Assembly (NCBI GenBank): GCA_964437115.1 | Contig: CAYTFE010000002.1 | Coordinates: 65,262-129,261 of the forward strand | Length of the DNA: 64,000 nucleotides | DNA from: an uncultured Fibrobacteraceae bacterium | Lineage (GTDB): Bacteria > Krumholzibacteriota > Krumholzibacteriia > LZORAL124-64-63 | Direction of reading: 5' to 3' | Shown: positions 61,088 through 64,000 of the stretch, one piece after another | How positions within the stretch are numbered: the stretch's first letter is position 1 | How the letters are laid out: the number at the start of each line of letters is the position of its first letter | Notes under the pieces: model-generated | Told to the model about the DNA's origin: nothing | What the model saw: only the letters and a program-made list of their open reading frames with translations | The model's database searches: none | Position numbers and translations under genes: made by a program

Positions 61088-62544
61088 CACTCTACATCAA
61101 TTATAGAGAGCTCTTCCCACATTTTAGTCCATGTATCTACATCTATGTTCAATATTTTAGCATTCTTACTAATCGCGTGTTTCACTTCAACAACTTCTAA
61201 TGTGTTCTCTCTGACTTCTGCCAATTCCTCACCCAGCGCGATTAATCTGGCAAGCTCAGGCACTTCTTCCTCATATCCCGCATGGTGCAATTTTACCGCA
61301 CCAGCTAATTCAGGATTCAGATGCCACCTGTCTATCAGACAACCGCCAAGATCACCATGATCAAACCCAAACGTTGCTTTTTCTATTGCATGAACTGGCT
61401 CACCCTGTTTGTTTGCCGATTCAAATATTTTTTTATACTGATCCGGCAGAGCTCTTGCCAACACAAGCTGACCAAGGTTCTGCATGAGCCCACCTGTAAA
61501 AGCTACTTCTCTATTGCAAAGTCCTGAAGTATCAGCGGCAACTTGGCAAGCAATTGCGGTCGATACTGATTTTTCCCAAATTGAGTTCAACACTTCGCTT
61601 TTACGACCACCCAAAATTACTGCCCGTGAAGCTGCAACCAAAGTCCAGCTTCTGATTGTTCTGAAACCTAATCTCACTATCGCATCGCGAACCGTCTTGA
61701 TTTCTGAATTACCCATAAAGTATGATGAATTTGCTACACCCAGTATTCGCGCAGTCATTACCTGATCCAGACTAATCTCCCGCTCCAGATCTGCTGCAGT
61801 TGCATCATCTTTTGAAAGCAATGAAAGAACTCTTGATGCAACCTGCGGTAATACTGAGAGCTCACCAACCATGTTGACTACTTTTTCAGGAGTAAGCGTT
61901 GAAAGCTCTATATTTGACAAATCCGTTCTATGAGCTTTTTCAGCTGCCATAATTGCTGAAATTTTACTGCCTGAGGTTATGATTTCAGCTTCAATGCAAT
62001 GCAACTTCGTTAAGGCACTGTTTGCTAACAGTGGCAATAGGCTGGCAACTTTGCAGTCTACATCCCAATCAAAGTAGATGCTTGTATTCCATCTTCCCCG
62101 AGATGGCAATGGCAGAATAAATGATTGCTGGTTCCCGATATCTGCTATCTTCATAAACTCACCTGACACTATTTTTGATGTCAAGTTACCTACATAAACT
62201 GATTTCTCTTCACTGGTTAAGCTAAATATATCTTCTTCGATCAACGAAATTAATTCTGGATTATATCCATTTGTTGTCATTTCTGCTGGGATATCGATGC
62301 CAACTGCCAACAAAACTCGTAAACCGCTGCTCCACTTTCTCATTAGAAGCATCCTGTAGCCTGTATCACAAGCCAACTCATGGAAAATAGAGGTTACATC
62401 GGCAACAGACATACACCTATTGAGCTGCCTAGCAGCCCGTAAAATCGGTTTTAAATTCAATTCTGGAGTTCTAACTGCTTCTGCATTTTTAACATCAATG
62501 TTAAGTTCATCGGAAGTCATAACGCCATCACATGATACTTTCAT
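61084..62544 (-). CDS. HDOD-domain signalling protein with an uncharacterised N-terminal domain.
   Basis: 486 aa. The C-terminal half has the HDOD pattern (...[10 protein letters not shown]...). Confidence 0.6.
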   Translation of the reverse strand: MKVSCDGVMTSDELNIDVKNAEAVRTPELNLKPILRAARQLNRCMSVADVTSIFHELACDTGYRMLLMRKWSSGLRVLLAVGIDIPAEMTTNGYNPELISLIEEDIFSLTSEEKSVYVGNLTSKIVSGEFMKIADIGNQQSFILPLPSRGRWNTSIYFDWDVDCKVASLLPLLANSALTKLHCIEAEIITSGSKISAIMAAEKAHRTDLSNIELSTLTPEKVVNMVGELSVLPQVASRVLSLLSKDDATAADLEREISLDQVMTARILGVANSSYFMGNSEIKTVRDAIVRLGFRTIRSWTLVAASRAVILGGRKSEVLNSIWEKSVSTAIACQVAADTSGLCNREVAFTGGLMQNLGQLVLARALPDQYKKIFESANKQGEPVHAIEKATFGFDHGDLGGCLIDRWHLNPELAGAVKLHHAGYEEEVPELARLIALGEELAEVRENTLEVVEVKHAISKNAKILNIDVDTWTKMWEELSIIDVEC

Positions 62545-62665
62545 ATAACTCTACCTCCATTCTCTGACTACTATCGGCAGCATTTATAGGAAGTTGAGTG
62601 TTATGAACCTAGCTTTTACAGATAAACTGTATTAGTCTGTATTGTAAATTGAACTGAATTACCCG

Positions 62666-63037
62666 ATGGAGAAGCAGATGCCCACCAGAATAACAAAATC
62701 GTTCACAATTGATGCAGCTCATTGGCTTCCAAATGTCCCTGAAGAGCACAAATGTGGTCGATTGCATGGACATACTTATAAAATTATAATCGGCGTTGAA
62801 GGTGATGTTACTCCAGATACCGGCTGGATTGTTGATTATAACGAGATTAAAGCAGCATTTGAGCCATTGTTGACAAAAATGGATCATTTCTGTCTGAACG
62901 AAATTCCGGGACTGGAAAATCCGACTGCCGAAGTAATGGCAGAGTGGATTTTTAAGCAAATCAGCAAAACTCTGCCTCAAGTTTCCGATATTACAGTCTG
63001 CGAAACACCAACTACTGAGGCAATCTACAAACCGTGA
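62666..63037 (+). CDS. queD: 6-carboxy-5,6,7,8-tetrahydropterin synthase (QueD/PTPS).
   Basis: 123 aa with CGRLHGHTY and the catalytic His/Glu pattern. Confidence 0.8.
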   Translation: MEKQMPTRITKSFTIDAAHWLPNVPEEHKCGRLHGHTYKIIIGVEGDVTPDTGWIVDYNEIKAAFEPLLTKMDHFCLNEIPGLENPTAEVMAEWIFKQISKTLPQVSDITVCETPTTEAIYKP

Positions 63038-64000
63038 TCAGACAACCATTGCTCTGCTCGCAAATCCCCAGGCTTTATTTTGAGTAAATTCTTATAGGCA
63101 TCAGCTGTTTTCTCGTTATCGCCAAGCCGCTCATAGACTCCTGCCAAGTTGCCCCAGGCCTGCCAATATCCAGGTTGTAAATTAAGAATTTTTTGGAAAA
63201 CCGGGACTGACTCCTCAAGCCTTCCCAACTCAATCAAACAAAGCCCTTCCCCAAACAAGGTAGTAACATCCATTTCTTTACGGTTCATTTTTTGAAATCT
63301 GCGCATTGCAGAACCATATTCTTTGTTGTGATACAGAACCCAGGCATAACCTGCATTTGCTCTTTTATCCTGTGGGTCCTTGCGCAACATCACTTCAAAC
63401 TGAACTGATGCAGCATCGACATTGCCCGCCTGCAACATTGCCTCACCTAGACTTGCTCTCGCTACCATTGATTCAGGTAATCGCCTTACCCAATCCTCAT
63501 AGAGAGGAATCAACCTTTCTTGCTGACGATTTTTTATCAACAAGCCACTCAATGAACCATAGAGCGCATCGCCAATCATATAGAAATTTTCCTGCCGATA
63601 TTTTTTATCGATTGCAATTGCAGTGCGGTATTCAGTAATAGCTTTATAATCTTCCCGCGCGTCTGCCCAGGAATTGCCTAATGTGAAGTGATGAAACGGA
63701 TTTGTGCCGATACGATTTTCTGCAAAACCACGCAAGTCAGACATTGCAAAAAGAGTTAGTGCCAGAGCGACAATAATCGCTTTCTTAGATAACAACCATC
63801 TCCGATTGACAATAGCACTCCATACAGCATCAAGACCTGCACCAGCGGGGATTATCAACATAGCTGCCAGTGGGAGTCGGAAACGGGCATTTACAAAAAA
63901 CAGCAGTATCGACAAACTGTATAAAATAATTGTAAGCAGTAAAAACGTCTGCCGTGAATCTTTTCCTCGCCGGAACAGGCCAAGGACCCCAAATGCAAGA
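63025..64000 (-). CDS. Membrane protein with C-terminal TPR repeats, 5'-truncated at the window edge.
   Basis: The minus-strand frame remains open from 63915 to 64000 with hydrophobic helices (…LAFGVLGLF…ILLFFVNARF…). The ORF-track 'M' at 63915 is actually TTG. The C-terminal 200 residues are TPR-like. Confidence 0.5.
   Translation of the reverse strand, partial: LAFGVLGLFRRGKDSRQTFLLLTIILYSLSILLFFVNARFRLPLAAMLIIPAGAGLDAVWSAIVNRRWLLSKKAIIVALALTLFAMSDLRGFAENRIGTNPFHHFTLGNSWADAREDYKAITEYRTAIAIDKKYRQENFYMIGDALYGSLSGLLIKNRQQERLIPLYEDWVRRLPESMVARASLGEAMLQAGNVDAASVQFEVMLRKDPQDKRANAGYAWVLYHNKEYGSAMRRFQKMNRKEMDVTTLFGEGLCLIELGRLEESVPVFQKILNLQPGYWQAWGNLAGVYERLGDNEKTADAYKNLLKIKPGDLRAEQWLSDHGL

Noticed and set aside
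62545-62665. Possible preQ1 riboswitch upstream of queD.
   Set aside because: No P1 hairpin with the conserved loop, and no A-rich tail overlapping the RBS could be found.
1-64000. Searched for CRISPR arrays, long direct repeats, and transposase, integrase or phage genes.
   Set aside because: None seen. The only repetitive DNA is codon-level repetition in the low-complexity tail at 37719-38050.

Overview
This is a 64 kb bacterial chromosomal window with no rRNA or tRNA genes, no CRISPR array and no recognisable mobile elements. A short (282 aa) primary sigma factor that looks like the sigmaA of Bacteroidetes, three proteins with T9SS-type C-terminal sorting domains, and a PorV/FadL-like outer-membrane protein together suggest an FCB-superphylum organism. 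That attribution is inference only.

The window has three blocks:
- **1-13.4 kb:** the 3' part of ppdK, then four large exported proteins of 780-992 aa. Two carry Por-secretion-type C-terminal domains and two are lipoproteins. The genes are separated by clear rho-independent terminators.
- **13.8-32 kb:** an 18 kb co-directional housekeeping string on the minus strand (rpoD-like, M23 peptidase, amidase with LysM, YbbR-like, hisS, aspS, phoH, 7TM-HD/PgpH, ybeY, corC, DUF502, mgtE, recO, glyQ, glyS). Many starts and stops overlap.
- **33.3-46 kb:** an accessory/regulatory island, which I consider the most interesting part. Two sigma-54 enhancer-binding proteins and a small secreted acidic protein sit directly upstream of a 750 bp AT-rich intergenic region. 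That region carries two near-consensus sigma-54 -24/-12 elements on the minus strand, a pair of direct repeats (a possible UAS), and a nested-palindrome structure with a U-tract. Downstream lies a four-gene operon for surface proteins:
  - an Fn3 lipoprotein;
  - a very unusual Tyr/Trp-rich protein with a ~100-residue polybasic Ser/Lys/Arg tail;
  - a 1081 aa protein with a degenerate M6-like metalloprotease domain, FG-GAP-like repeats and a T9SS-type CTD;
  - a PorV-like beta-barrel.

The remainder (46-64 kb) is ordinary metabolism: rlmN, an Rrf2 regulator, fused isobutyryl-CoA mutase icmF, acyl-CoA synthetase, a CDF transporter, an M28-PDZ peptidase, cca, ggt, rfbB, a BtpA-family protein, tdk, an HDOD protein, queD and a TPR membrane protein.

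All calls come from reading the translations and the DNA by eye. No database searches were run.
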